Part shown: in pieces, positions 31,301 to 41,421 of the stretch | How positions within the stretch are numbered: the first letter of the stretch is position 1 | How the letters are laid out: the number at the start of each line of letters is the position of its first letter | Assembly (NCBI GenBank): GCA_038231275.1 | Contig: JBBRLQ010000001.1 | Span: 608,001 to 672,000 of the forward strand | DNA length: 64,000 nt | Direction of reading: 5' to 3' | Source: Polyangiales bacterium | GTDB taxonomy: Bacteria; Myxococcota_A; Polyangia; Polyangiales; Polyangiaceae | Program-made: the position numbers and the translations under genes | The notes under the pieces: model-generated | What the model was told of the DNA's origin: nothing | The model's database searches: none | Seen by the model: only the letters and a program-made list of their open reading frames with translations

Positions 31301-33653
31301 GGAGTGCCACGCCGCGCTCGGGCAGCATGACGGGGCGCTCTCGCATGCCGATCGCGTCCTGAAGAGCGCCGTCGACGACGCCGCGATGCACGCGCTGCGA
31401 GGGCGTTCACTGCAAGCGCTCGGGCGCCTCGACGAGGCCGCCGCCGCGTTCGCGAAGGCCGCCGCGCTCACGCCGGAGGACGCGGACGCGCAGTACCGTC
31501 AAGCGGAGGCGTTCTTCGCGTCGGGCAAGCTCGACGGCGCGCGGTCGCTCCTCCAAGCCGCCGTGAAGAGCAAGCCGGGGGACGCGAAGAGCCAGCGTCT
31601 GCTCGGCCTCGTCGCCGCGAAGCTCGGGGATCACGGGCAGGCCATCGAGGCGCTGGAGCAAGCGGTGTGGCTCGCTCCGGGCGATCGCGAGGTCGAGCGC
31701 ACCCTCGGCATCTCGCTCGCGCGCGCGGGGCGCCGCGACGAAGCACGCGCGGCGCTCGAGAAGGCCGTGGCGCACGGTGAGAAGGACGTGGAGGCGCACC
31801 TCGAGCTGGCGTCGCTGCTGCGCGAGCTGAAGCACCCCGACGAGGCCCGCGCGCAGCTCGAAAAGGCGCTCGCTCTCGATCCGTCGCTTTCCGACGCGCA
31901 CTACCAGCTGGGCCTCCTCCTCGAACAGGCGGGGAAGACCGAGGGTGCGGTGAAGTCTTTCCGCGAGGCGTCGCGCCTGCGGCCTGAGCACGTCGACGCG
32001 CTCGAGCGCGCCGCGAAGGGCTACGCCAAGCTCGGGCAGCACCACGAAGCGTCGCTCGCCTACAAGCAGCTGACGAAGACGAAGAAGGACGACGCCGACG
32101 CGCTCTACGCGCTCGGCCGCGCGTACGAAGCGCTCCAGCGCGATCACGACGCGGCGGAGGCGTACAAATCCGCGGCGGTCACGCGTCGCGCGCCTGCGGA
32201 CGTCCACAAGCGGCTCGCCGCCGCGTACGCGCGCCTCGAACGTGTCGAGGACGCTGTCGCCGCGTTCGCCGACGCGCTCGCGGAGGATCCGGCGGTCGAG
32301 ACGCTCGACGCGCTCGGTCACCTCGTCGCCGCGCACGGAAAGACCGGTGCCCTCGTCGGCGCGCTCGCCACGGCGCGCGCCGCGCATCCGAAGCACGCCG
32401 AGGTCGCGAAGCGCCTGGGCCTCGCGCTGCTCGAGACCGGCAAGATCGCGGAAGCAACCGAGGCGCTCGAGGTCGCGACGCGCGAAAATCCGAAGCTCGG
32501 CGACGCGTGGCGTGCGCTCGCGGGCATCTACAAGAAGGAAGAGCGCTGGGAGGATGCGGCAGGCGCGCTCGAGAAGAGCTTCGCCACGGTCACACCGACG
32601 GCGACGGAGTACCTCGATCTCGCGGCCTCGTACCGGGCGCTCGGACGCGTGCGCCAAGCGCGCGACGTCGCCACGAAGGGCCTCGCCCTCGCGCCCGATC
32701 ATTTCGCGCTGCACCTCTTGCTCGGCGATCTCGGCGCCGAGATCGGCCGCGACGAGGACGCGCTCACCGCCTACCAGGCCGCCCGTAAGAAGGAGCCCGC
32801 GTCGCGCGACGCGCTCTACGGAATCGCGCGCTCGCAAGCGAAGCTCGATCGACACGCCGAGGCGCGCGATGCCTACCGCCTCATCTTGAAGTCCGCGCCC
32901 GGCGAGGCCGACGCGTGGGTGGAGCTCGGCGCCGCGTGCGAGGCGCTCGGCGAGCAAGAAGACGCGATCCTCGCGTGGAAAGAAGTCGTGCGCCTCCGCC
33001 CGAAGGAGAGCCTCGCGTACTACAAGCTCGGCGTCGCCTACCAGAGCGCGCAGCACTGGGACGAGAGCGCCGCGGCCCTGCAGCGCGCGCTCCGCATCCA
33101 GCCGGATCTCGCCAAGGCGGACTACTTCCTCGCCGTCTCCCTCCTCAAGCTCGATCGCACCGAAGAGGCCGTCGCGGCATTCGAGACGGCAGTGAAGAAG
33201 GCCCCGAACGACGCGGCGCTCCAGACCGCGCTCGCCTTCGGGTACCAGAAGCTCGATCGCCTCGAGGACGCCGCCGCCGCGTACACGCAGGCCGTGAAGC
33301 TCGGCGCGAAGGACGTCCAAGTGCACACGAGCCGCGCGCGCGTCTTCGAGAAGCTGAAGCGCCACGCCGACGTCGCGGACGCCTACCTCGAGCTCGGCAA
33401 GCTCGAGCCCGATCGCATCGAGCACCACCGCAAGGCCGCCGCCGCGCTCGTCGAGCTGCATCGGTACAAGGAGGCCATCCTGCCGTACCAGCAGGCCGTC
33501 ATGCTTGCCCCGAAGGATCCGGCGCTCAGGTACGACCTCGGCGCCTGCTACGTGAAGCTCGGCAACCACGCCGCCGCGAAGAAGCAGCACGAGGTCCTCG
33601 TGACGCTCGACAAGCCACGCGCCGAGCTCCTCCTCTTCATCATCGGTCCTTAG
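28377..33653 (+). CDS. giant TPR-repeat protein, C-terminal part (same frame; probably one ~2,898-aa gene)
   Basis: continuous TPRs ending in a capping helix (AKKQHEVLVTLDKPRAELL); no SD seen before GTG 28389. Confidence 0.88.
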   Translation, partial: ARELVKRCVRVRPDSAPAQRALGELAAAEGKLDEALEAYKNATRLEPRYADAQIELARLYEKTGKDAEASSAFTIATSLVAERADLWTSLGAALVRLGKTVEATTAYARARALSPEDPAVLFELGRLHSGARLWRDAKDVLADVVKRRPEHAEAWKLLAGSNEALGLSGDAADAYECALELDPEFTEGRLALTSLLTTLGRDADAVRHLDDALASSPDDAELHSRKGLALSRLGRHEEALAALRRASELAAPPPDALLARGFSAAQIGQWTEAKISLAAGLEQKPDARGAHRWLGKASLSLGETDAALASYRRALGEDPDLVEAHAAVGRILAAAGHHGDSLPSLARAASMLPTDAAILAALGGAQLRTGNVDQAIAPLQTASELSPDAPTLFDLGVALAEKERWKEARDALERATLLSDHAGAFKRLGDVRVKLGEKGQAIAEYRRALDLDPTLHELHGVLGALLEATGHDEEATVAYEAATAAVPNDGASLLRLGLVARRAGRTDEAVAAFSKAAPLLPNDPTPTRELGRIFAARREWPEAREALKKSVAIDATSAEVWKDLGDAWRALDESEHAVHAYHQAVTIEPGLGDVHLELGRLYAKLGRDGAAASAYESALASRPTDQALLQGLAELLQKLGRHADAAVLLERASKLRPDDADLALSLAAVRVRLERWPAAREVLDRCVALRPEHAESHKLRASVVARLGDVDLALDAYAKAVALDPAFAEGHVARAGLFTKKGLPVEAAAAYRSALAARPRDAELQIAFARTLRAAGNHKEAAVAFEAATKLKDDWADAYAELGAEHVALARFADAVDALEHARGIDSANGALIGPLAIAYEKLGRKVEAVTILKRAVEKDAKDGDAWFRLGSLQEQLGKIDDALASLAQATTLRPAHAASHVALGVVRAAKGLGAEAIASFRAALKIQPNLTRAHLGIAEAEKAAGRHHEALQSYGEVARAQVGQVEANVLRAIAECHAALGQHDGALSHADRVLKSAVDDAAMHALRGRSLQALGRLDEAAAAFAKAAALTPEDADAQYRQAEAFFASGKLDGARSLLQAAVKSKPGDAKSQRLLGLVAAKLGDHGQAIEALEQAVWLAPGDREVERTLGISLARAGRRDEARAALEKAVAHGEKDVEAHLELASLLRELKHPDEARAQLEKALALDPSLSDAHYQLGLLLEQAGKTEGAVKSFREASRLRPEHVDALERAAKGYAKLGQHHEASLAYKQLTKTKKDDADALYALGRAYEALQRDHDAAEAYKSAAVTRRAPADVHKRLAAAYARLERVEDAVAAFADALAEDPAVETLDALGHLVAAHGKTGALVGALATARAAHPKHAEVAKRLGLALLETGKIAEATEALEVATRENPKLGDAWRALAGIYKKEERWEDAAGALEKSFATVTPTATEYLDLAASYRALGRVRQARDVATKGLALAPDHFALHLLLGDLGAEIGRDEDALTAYQAARKKEPASRDALYGIARSQAKLDRHAEARDAYRLILKSAPGEADAWVELGAACEALGEQEDAILAWKEVVRLRPKESLAYYKLGVAYQSAQHWDESAAALQRALRIQPDLAKADYFLAVSLLKLDRTEEAVAAFETAVKKAPNDAALQTALAFGYQKLDRLEDAAAAYTQAVKLGAKDVQVHTSRARVFEKLKRHADVADAYLELGKLEPDRIEHHRKAAAALVELHRYKEAILPYQQAVMLAPKDPALRYDLGACYVKLGNHAAAKKQHEVLVTLDKPRAELLLFIIGP

Positions 33654-33728
33654 AGAAGCCGCCAGCGGCCCGACGTTTTCGAGCAACTTTCCGCCGCCCG
33701 TGCCGATGGGGCCAGCGGAGGGTGAGTC

Positions 33729-34232
33729 ATGGCGTCATTCGCGAAGATCGTCTTCGGTCCCGGCTGCCCAGAGGCGCTCCGTGTCGCGATCCACCACGCC
33801 GAGCGGCTCGCCGCCGCGACTGTGCGCGCGCACGCAGAGCTCCGCAGGTTCGTGCCCGCGCAGCAAGTCGAGCCGGGCGCGCGCGAGGCGTGGCTCATCG
33901 GCCGCTCCGACGAGATCGAAGCCTTCGTCCTCGACGTCCTCGACGACTGGCGCGGCCGCGCGATGAAGACACACGAGGCCGTCCACGCGCTCGAGCGCTA
34001 CCTCGACGCGATGCACCGAGGCATGGCCACGCGCGTCACCTTCGGCGCACGGCCTCCGTGCTGCTCGCTCGACGATCTCATCACGCGCGAGGCCCCGCCG
34101 CTCAGCGACGGCTACACGGGCGGCTTCGACAACGCCGCCACCCTCGTCTCCACATCTTCTATTGCATGCACTGTGCAGACACCGCAGGTGAGAACACCTC
34201 GCTGGCCTGCACGTCTTGGACGTAGCTCTTGA
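33729..34232 (+). CDS. hypothetical protein
   Basis: GGAGG SD and biased codons; 3' end overlaps the convergent gene by 74 nt. Confidence 0.55.
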   Translation: MASFAKIVFGPGCPEALRVAIHHAERLAAATVRAHAELRRFVPAQQVEPGAREAWLIGRSDEIEAFVLDVLDDWRGRAMKTHEAVHALERYLDAMHRGMATRVTFGARPPCCSLDDLITREAPPLSDGYTGGFDNAATLVSTSSIACTVQTPQVRTPRWPARLGRSS

Positions 34233-35628
34233 GCTTCTTCTTGTCGTCGAGGAGATCGCTCGTGAACTGCTTCAAATCGATCCCGAGCTGCGGGATGTCG
34301 GAGCCTTCCCACGGCTTCTGCAGCACCTTGGTGGTGTCGGTCGGCTCGATCGGCGGGTTGCCGATCGGCGGGATCGAGACGCAGTGGCTGCAGTTGTCCG
34401 AGCGGAAGTACGGCAGGTAGTACGCCATGTTCGGGTAGCCGTCGTACGTCTTCATCAGGTCCGTCATGTCCTGCCACCACATCGTGTGGATCTGGGTCTC
34501 GGTCGAGCCAGGGAAGAAGCGCTGGTACGAGTAGAGCGAGTAGTTCAGGTCCTGGTGGTAGGCGACGAGGCTCAAGCGATCCTTCGGGTACTTCTGCGCG
34601 AGCGCCGCGTTCATGAGACCGAAGTCGGCCTTCAGATCGGCGGCCTTCACCGGCAGCTGCCCTTCGAGGCTGTCGAGGATCGGATCGATGTTCCACGCCG
34701 ATCGGATCTTGTCGTGAAGCTGCTTCGAGGGGCCGGTCGAGTGGAAGATCGGGCCCGAGTCGTCGAGCAAGTACGAACACTGCACGCCGGTGCCCATGCC
34801 CGAGCGGATGAAGTGGTAGTTGATGAAGCCGCCCGCGCCGCCTGCGCTGCACCCGGTGACGAGCATCTTCGGGACGGTGACCTTGGTCGCGAACGTCGTC
34901 TTGAGCCAGTCGATGACCTTGAGCGTGTTCGCGTGGCCGGCGTGGTGGAAGAGGATTTGATCCGCGCCTCCATCGCCGCCGTCCGAGCCGCCGTCGCCCG
35001 CGCCCGCGTCGCCGGCCGGCGTGCCCGTGTACGTGATGGTGTTGTTGCCCGTGTGGATGTCCCCGGTGCAATACGAGACGAAGACCATGTTGTAGGCCTG
35101 CGCCGGGTTGTCGTTCGAGCGGCGCAGCAGGTTCAGGTACTGGTAGTTCGACATGTGGTCGTCGGGGATGCCGTGCGGGTTGGCCGCGCCGCGCGTTCCG
35201 CCGTTGCCGGTGCAGCTGTCGTAGTCCCAGCACGCGCCGCCGGGCTCGAAGCTGACGACGAGATCGTTGCTCGTGTTCGAGTAGTTCACGAAGAACTTGA
35301 ACTGGCTGCCGTCGCCGCAGACGGTGCCGGGGAGCTCCACCTTCAGCCACGTGCCGCACTGCGGGAGCGTGGTGTTGTTCGCGTCGGTGGTGCAGCGATC
35401 GGCCGGCACCGCCGCCGATTCGTCGGGAGCGCATGCGGTGGCCGAGGCCTCGGAGCCTCCGTCGGTCGTGCTCTGCCCGTCGCCGCCGCCGCCGCCGCCG
35501 GTGTCGGTCGTGCCTCCGTCGGTCGTGGTCCCGCCGTTGGGGGTCGTCGTGGTGCTGCAGGCCTGGGCTGCGAATGCGCCGCAGGCGAGGACCCCCGAGA
35601 GAATGAGTCCGGTGGCGGAGAGCTTCAT
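34159..35628 (-). CDS. pectinacetylesterase-family (Notum-like) hydrolase lipoprotein
   Basis: CGDGS, FEPGGACW, VSYCTGDIH, TGCSAGG nucleophile, DDSGP; lipobox AQAC. Confidence 0.85.
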   Translation of the reverse strand: MKLSATGLILSGVLACGAFAAQACSTTTTPNGGTTTDGGTTDTGGGGGGDGQSTTDGGSEASATACAPDESAAVPADRCTTDANNTTLPQCGTWLKVELPGTVCGDGSQFKFFVNYSNTSNDLVVSFEPGGACWDYDSCTGNGGTRGAANPHGIPDDHMSNYQYLNLLRRSNDNPAQAYNMVFVSYCTGDIHTGNNTITYTGTPAGDAGAGDGGSDGGDGGADQILFHHAGHANTLKVIDWLKTTFATKVTVPKMLVTGCSAGGAGGFINYHFIRSGMGTGVQCSYLLDDSGPIFHSTGPSKQLHDKIRSAWNIDPILDSLEGQLPVKAADLKADFGLMNAALAQKYPKDRLSLVAYHQDLNYSLYSYQRFFPGSTETQIHTMWWQDMTDLMKTYDGYPNMAYYLPYFRSDNCSHCVSIPPIGNPPIEPTDTTKVLQKPWEGSDIPQLGIDLKQFTSDLLDDKKKLKSYVQDVQASEVFSPAVSAQCMQ

Positions 35629-35695
35629 GGGGCTGCAAGCTACCTGACGCGCACGCGAGCGCAAATCCGAACCACGTCGGTGTACTCTGATCGTG

Positions 35696-37225
35696 ATGAC
35701 CGACGCGCCTGCGCCGCCCGCCGCGGAGACGGCATCGCCGCACGAGCCGGCGGACGAGCCGCCGCACGAGCCCGACCGGGAGACGCTCGGGCGCAAGCTC
35801 GCCGAGGCCGGGACGCTCAGCCTGCGCGAGCTCGCCGAGACGATTCGTCGCGCGTGCGTCGCGCTTCAGACGGAGCACGACGCGGGCCGCGTCCATGGGG
35901 ACCTGCGCCCCGCCAACGTGCTCTTGCATGGGCCCGCCGGCGACGTGAAAATCCTCGGTTTTCCCGGCGTGGACGCGCCTTCGGCCGTCGACGGCGAGAC
36001 CACAGGCTCGCCGTTTTATCGCGCCCCCGAGCAGGTGAACGACGAGCACGTCGACGCTCGAACGGACGTCTACGCGCTCGGCGTCATCCTCTATGAGGCG
36101 GCGTCGGGCGAGCGTCCGTTCGTCGCCGACACGCTGCCACGGATCGCGAACCTCATCCGGGAGGGAGAGCCGGTGCCCCTCGGCGCACGACGCTCCGAGC
36201 TTCCCGAGACCTTCGTCGACGTCGTCCGCAAGGCCATGTCCGCTCGCCGAGACGATCGCTACGCATCCGCTCTCGACCTCGCCGAAGCCCTCGCTCCCTT
36301 CGCCGCCGCCGATGCCGCGCCCGTCGCCGCGCCCGAGCCCGAGCACGTCCGCGAGCCCGAGCCCGAGCACGTCCGCGAGCCCGAGCCCGTCCGCGACCCC
36401 GACCCCGTCCGCGACCCCGAGCCCGTCCGCGACCCCGAGCCCGTCCGCGAGCCCGACCCCGTCCGCGAGCCCGACCCCGTCCGCGACCCCGACCCCGTCC
36501 GCGAGCCCGACCCCGTCCGCGAGCCTGACCCTCTCCCCGAGCCCGTCCGCGAGCCTGACCCGCTCCCCGAGCCTGTCCACGAGCCTGACCCTGCTCCGGG
36601 TCCTGTTCGCGAGCCCACTCCGGTTCCGCCGCCCCCGCCTTCGCCGCCGCCCCCGGTTTCCGCACCCGCGCCGCCTTCTCCTCCCGCGCCAGTCGCTGCG
36701 ACGGCGATCACGCTCCCCCGCGCGCTCTCTCGCCCGCCGCGCCCCACGCCCATCCCGGTGCGCCCGCATCTCGAAGGCGTCGCTGCGTGGAAGCTCCTCC
36801 TCTTTCTCGTCGCCGCGTCCGGGGTCCTCGGGTACCTGCTCATGTGGAACGGGCCGAGCACGGCTGCGCCGACGCACACCCCGATCCGAGCGGAGATCCC
36901 GCCCTCGCTGCCGTCGCCTTCGTCGCCCGCCGTCGCGGTGCCCGCTCCGCCGCCGCCGGCTCCCGCGGCGCCACCGACGCCGCCGGCGGCCACTCCCTCA
37001 GCCCCGTCGCGACCGGCGCCGACTCCGACTGCGCCGCGGCCGCCGCCGACGCCGACCGCGACTCCGACCGCGACTCCGACTCCGACTCCGACTCCGAGCG
37101 CCTCGACGCCCTTGTCGTCGTCGCCGCCCGCGTGGCTCACGTCTGCGCCGACGGCGTCCGCGCCAGCGAAGCCGAAGCCGAAGCCGAAGCCCAAGGTCGA
37201 GGACGCCGGGGCGAAGCAGCCTTAG
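35696..37225 (+). CDS. membrane pseudokinase (kinase C-lobe only) with Pro-rich repeats
   Basis: [14 protein letters not shown] in place of DFG, APE, DVYALG; no Gly-loop or VAIK; TM at about 36787-36850. Confidence 0.75.
   Translation: MTDAPAPPAAETASPHEPADEPPHEPDRETLGRKLAEAGTLSLRELAETIRRACVALQTEHDAGRVHGDLRPANVLLHGPAGDVKILGFPGVDAPSAVDGETTGSPFYRAPEQVNDEHVDARTDVYALGVILYEAASGERPFVADTLPRIANLIREGEPVPLGARRSELPETFVDVVRKAMSARRDDRYASALDLAEALAPFAAADAAPVAAPEPEHVREPEPEHVREPEPVRDPDPVRDPEPVRDPEPVREPDPVREPDPVRDPDPVREPDPVREPDPLPEPVREPDPLPEPVHEPDPAPGPVREPTPVPPPPPSPPPPVSAPAPPSPPAPVAATAITLPRALSRPPRPTPIPVRPHLEGVAAWKLLLFLVAASGVLGYLLMWNGPSTAAPTHTPIRAEIPPSLPSPSSPAVAVPAPPPPAPAAPPTPPAATPSAPSRPAPTPTAPRPPPTPTATPTATPTPTPTPSASTPLSSSPPAWLTSAPTASAPAKPKPKPKPKVEDAGAKQP
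36332..36612 (+). repeat. coding tandem repeat, mostly 18-bp units encoding [ED]P[ED]PVR
   Basis: repeated (GAS CCC GAS CCC GTC CGC) units. Confidence 0.9.
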
Positions 37226-37246
37226 CGCGCGCCGTCAGCCTCGCGC

Positions 37247-37648
37247 TCAGCCCGCGCGCAGCAGCGCGATGACGTGCGCGCCGACGGTGACGGCGATCGC
37301 GACCGCCGTGATCTGATGCGCGCGTCGCTTGTCCTTTCGCTTTCGCAGGCGCGGGTTCCGAAGCTGAAGGCCGACCCCGACGTGCGCGACGATGACGAAG
37401 AACGCGAGCCCGCCGGCCGCGAGCGCGGTCATCCCGCCGCCGAGGGCGCGTGACGTGCCGAGCACCGGCACGGCGGTGAGCGTGTGCCCGAAGGCGAGCG
37501 CAGCGGTGGCCATGCCGAGCGAGGCGTGGATGCGCGTGGGCGCGGAGTCCGGCGCCGCCCGTCGCTTCTGCCGCAGCCACTGAATTAGCGGCAGGCTCGC
37601 GGTGACGAGGATGAACGCGATCGCGATCCACCCGCTGATGAGCGCCAT
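37247..37648 (-). CDS. small 4-TM membrane protein with several TM histidines (heme-b-binding-like)
   Basis: hydrophobic helices carrying His (RIHASLG, FGHTL, VAHVG, RAHQ, GAHV). Confidence 0.65.
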   Translation of the reverse strand: MALISGWIAIAFILVTASLPLIQWLRQKRRAAPDSAPTRIHASLGMATAALAFGHTLTAVPVLGTSRALGGGMTALAAGGLAFFVIVAHVGVGLQLRNPRLRKRKDKRRAHQITAVAIAVTVGAHVIALLRAG

Positions 37649-37711
37649 GGTTCGGTCGTATAGCGCAATCTCTGGCGCGCGCGCGCGCGTCGTGTCTCTA
37701 CAATGGCGGGC

Positions 37712-38452
37712 ATGCGGAGGCCGTTCGCGCTGCTCGTCCTATTCCTCGCCGCAGCGCCGTCCGCGCGCGCGGACGAGGAGCCGGAACCGTTCGGCCCGTC
37801 GTCACCCGCGCGTGCGCACCTCCTCGTCGGCGTCGAGCGCCTCGCGGGCGTCGCCTTCGCAACGGTGCGGGACGAGCGCGTGTATGGCGCGGAGCACTAC
37901 TACCCGAAGCAGTCGTTCGACGCGGTCGGTCCGTGGGGACTCGGTCGCGAGCCAGGCGCCTACGTGTTCCAGGCGCCGCGCCTCGCGGTCGATTGGGTCA
38001 ATCGAGGGACGACGCTGGGCGCTTCGGCGACGATCTGGCCCGCCTCCACGTCGCGCACCGGCGCGGGTGACATCCGCGCGCTCGACACGCGCGTCGTCGT
38101 CGTCGCGTTCGCGCCGCGGTTAGGCTGGCTCTTCTGCGATTCCGCGCGCGTGTGCTTTTGGCCGAAGGCAGGCGTGACGCTCGCCTACCAGCACGCGACA
38201 CAGACCCTCGTGGGGGCCGATCCCGCGTCGTCGACGTTCACCGTGACCGGCACCGCCCAGGACTCTCTCGTCACGATCGATCTCGAGCCGACCCTCCTCG
38301 TCGGCCTCGCGCCGCACGTCGCGCTTGCCGCCCAGGGGGCGCTCGACGTTCCGCTCGTCGCGTCTCGCCAATTGAGTGGGGTCTCCGCGCCGACCAGCGA
38401 TCCCTCGCCGTGGAGCCTTGGCGCCTGGTTGGCGGTTCACGTGTGGTTCTAA
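37712..38452 (+). CDS. outer-membrane beta-barrel protein
   Basis: signal peptide (ARA|D), amphipathic strands, C-terminal VWF. Confidence 0.7.
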   Translation: MRRPFALLVLFLAAAPSARADEEPEPFGPSSPARAHLLVGVERLAGVAFATVRDERVYGAEHYYPKQSFDAVGPWGLGREPGAYVFQAPRLAVDWVNRGTTLGASATIWPASTSRTGAGDIRALDTRVVVVAFAPRLGWLFCDSARVCFWPKAGVTLAYQHATQTLVGADPASSTFTVTGTAQDSLVTIDLEPTLLVGLAPHVALAAQGALDVPLVASRQLSGVSAPTSDPSPWSLGAWLAVHVWF

Positions 38453-38566
38453 TGCGATCCGCCAGGCCGCCCGGGGCGACCTCGGAATTGCGTGAAATTC
38501 GAGAGGAATTTGACGCAAACACGCAACGTGGGTGGAAATGTTCAATGTGACTACACGGTAGGACAT

Positions 38567-38581
38567 TGGTACACCATGTGC
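38567..38581 (+). promoter_or_regulatory. candidate sigma54 promoter
   Basis: TGGTACACCATGTGC, GG-N10-GC; 13/15 identical to 1792-1806; AT-rich upstream region. Confidence 0.55.
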
Positions 38582-38596
38582 GTTGAGCTCCTTCCG

Positions 38597-39439
38597 ATGC
38601 TCAAGCACGCTGTCGCTCTCCTTGCGCTCGCCGTCGCCGTCTCTGCCACCGCCATCGCGTGTGGCGGCGCCTCCTCCTCGTCGGATACGAGCTCCGACGA
38701 AGGCGCGCTCAAGGTCTGCGCGACCGGCACCACGCTGAAGGGGATCGACGTTTCGTACTACCAGCAGAAGGTCGACTGGGCGGCCGTGAAGAGCTCCGGC
38801 CGCGCCTTCGCGTTCATCCGCGTCAGCGACGGCACCAAGTTCGAGGACCCGCGCTTCGACGCGAACTGGAGCGGCGCTCGAGAGGCCGGCGTCGTTCGCG
38901 GCGCATATCAGTACTTCCGGCCGTCCGAAGATCCGGTCGCACAGGCAAACCTGCTCGTCCAGAAGATGGGCGCGCTCGAGGCGGACGATCTGCCGCCCGT
39001 CCTCGACGTCGAGGTCAGCGAAGGCGTCAGCGCGCTTCGCCTCCAGGGGAAAGTGCGCACGTGGCTGCAGACCGTCGAGGCCGCGACCGGCCGCAAACCG
39101 ATGGTCTACACGATGGCCGGCATGAGCGGCAGCATCGGCTCGTCCTTCACCGACTACCCGCTGTGGGTCGCCAACTGGGGCGTGTCGTGCCCGCGCATGC
39201 CGTCGAAGTGGGGAGGGTGGAAGTTCTGGCAGCGCTCCGATCGCGGGAGCGTCCCCGGCATCCACGAGAAGGTCGATCTCGACGAGTTCAACGGGACGAT
39301 GGCCGACTTGCAGGCGTTCATCGCCGAGACCGGCGGCGGCGCGCCCGACGCGGGCACCGACGACGATGGATCGAGCCCCGATCTCGGCGACGGCGGCGTC
39401 GATCCGACCGCCGACGACGCGAGCGCCGCTACCGACTGA
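38597..39439 (+). CDS. GH25 lysozyme (muramidase) lipoprotein
   Basis: GIDVSYYQ, RGAYQYF, LPPVLDVE (DxE), LWVANW, VDLDEF; lipobox AIAC. Confidence 0.92.
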   Translation: MLKHAVALLALAVAVSATAIACGGASSSSDTSSDEGALKVCATGTTLKGIDVSYYQQKVDWAAVKSSGRAFAFIRVSDGTKFEDPRFDANWSGAREAGVVRGAYQYFRPSEDPVAQANLLVQKMGALEADDLPPVLDVEVSEGVSALRLQGKVRTWLQTVEAATGRKPMVYTMAGMSGSIGSSFTDYPLWVANWGVSCPRMPSKWGGWKFWQRSDRGSVPGIHEKVDLDEFNGTMADLQAFIAETGGGAPDAGTDDDGSSPDLGDGGVDPTADDASAATD

Positions 39440-39454
39440 GGAACGGTCCTCGCT

Positions 39455-40684
<1,230 letters not shown>

Positions 40685-40919
40685 TCCGGCAACATGGGGC
40701 CTCGACGGCCGGGACGTCAATGCGCCCGGCGTAACACACCCATTGGGGCGGTTTGGAACGCTTTTTGTTCCCTCTAGGGCAAAGCTCAGTTACCCCCGTA
40801 CATCCGTTTGCGGTCCTCCCGAATTGAATCGGTCGCGGTCGAGCTTCGTCCGACCCGGGCCCCAAAAGCAGCTTTCTCTCGCAGCACCCCTTCCCAATCC
40901 GACGTTCACTAAGGAGCCT

Positions 40920-41294
40920 ATGATGAAATTTCGAGCCCTCGCACTGTCCGCTGCCGTTCTCTCGCTGGTCGGCGTGTCCCTCTTCGCCTGTTCGTCCTCG
41001 AGCAGCGCGGGCGCCGCGGCTGCTGCCGGCAATTGCCCGGCCGTCGGCTCGAAGGCCTGCCCGAACGACAACGCGATCACCCAGGCGGACGCCGACGAGT
41101 GCGCGAAGTCGAAGGCGGACGCGACGTGCGGCGGCAAGTACGTCGACTACCTGAAGTGCGCGGGCAGCAACGTCGCGTGTGACTCGGGTGGCAAGTACGA
41201 CCAGACGGCCGGCCAGAAGGCGTGCGGCACGCAGCTCACAGCGTACACGCAGTGCGTGATCGGCGGCTCGGGCGACGCCGGCGGCGGCGGCTGA
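40920..41294 (+). CDS. small Cys-rich lipoprotein
   Basis: SD AAGGAG, lipobox LFAC, 8 further Cys, ends GDAGGGG. Confidence 0.8.
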   Translation: MMKFRALALSAAVLSLVGVSLFACSSSSSAGAAAAAGNCPAVGSKACPNDNAITQADADECAKSKADATCGGKYVDYLKCAGSNVACDSGGKYDQTAGQKACGTQLTAYTQCVIGGSGDAGGGG

Positions 41295-41324
41295 TCTCCC
41301 ACGCGTAGAATCTCTCTCGGGAGG

Positions 41325-41363
41325 AAGCTCGTCGGCTGTCGGTCCGACGAGCTTTTTCCTTTT
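41325..41363 (+). terminator. rho-independent terminator
   Basis: AAGCTCGTCGG-N8-CCGACGAGCTT followed by TTTCCTTTT. Confidence 0.75.
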
Positions 41364-41421
41364 GTGGGGCCTGCGCGGTGCGCGTTGACCGGCTGAGGTC
41401 GGTACGGATACCGTCGTGCCC

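Noticed and set aside
24897-33686. Long antisense ORFs (743, 934, 759 aa) opposite the TPR gene
   Set aside because: Shadow frames typical of high-GC coding DNA, with Arg/Ala-rich non-protein-like composition
36332-36612. CRISPR-like array
   Set aside because: The units are contiguous in-frame coding repeats without unique spacers, and there are no cas genes
40690-40919. Riboswitch or ncRNA in the AT-richer intergenic region
   Set aside because: I could not recognise any conserved aptamer motif; a covariance-model search (Infernal/Rfam) would be needed
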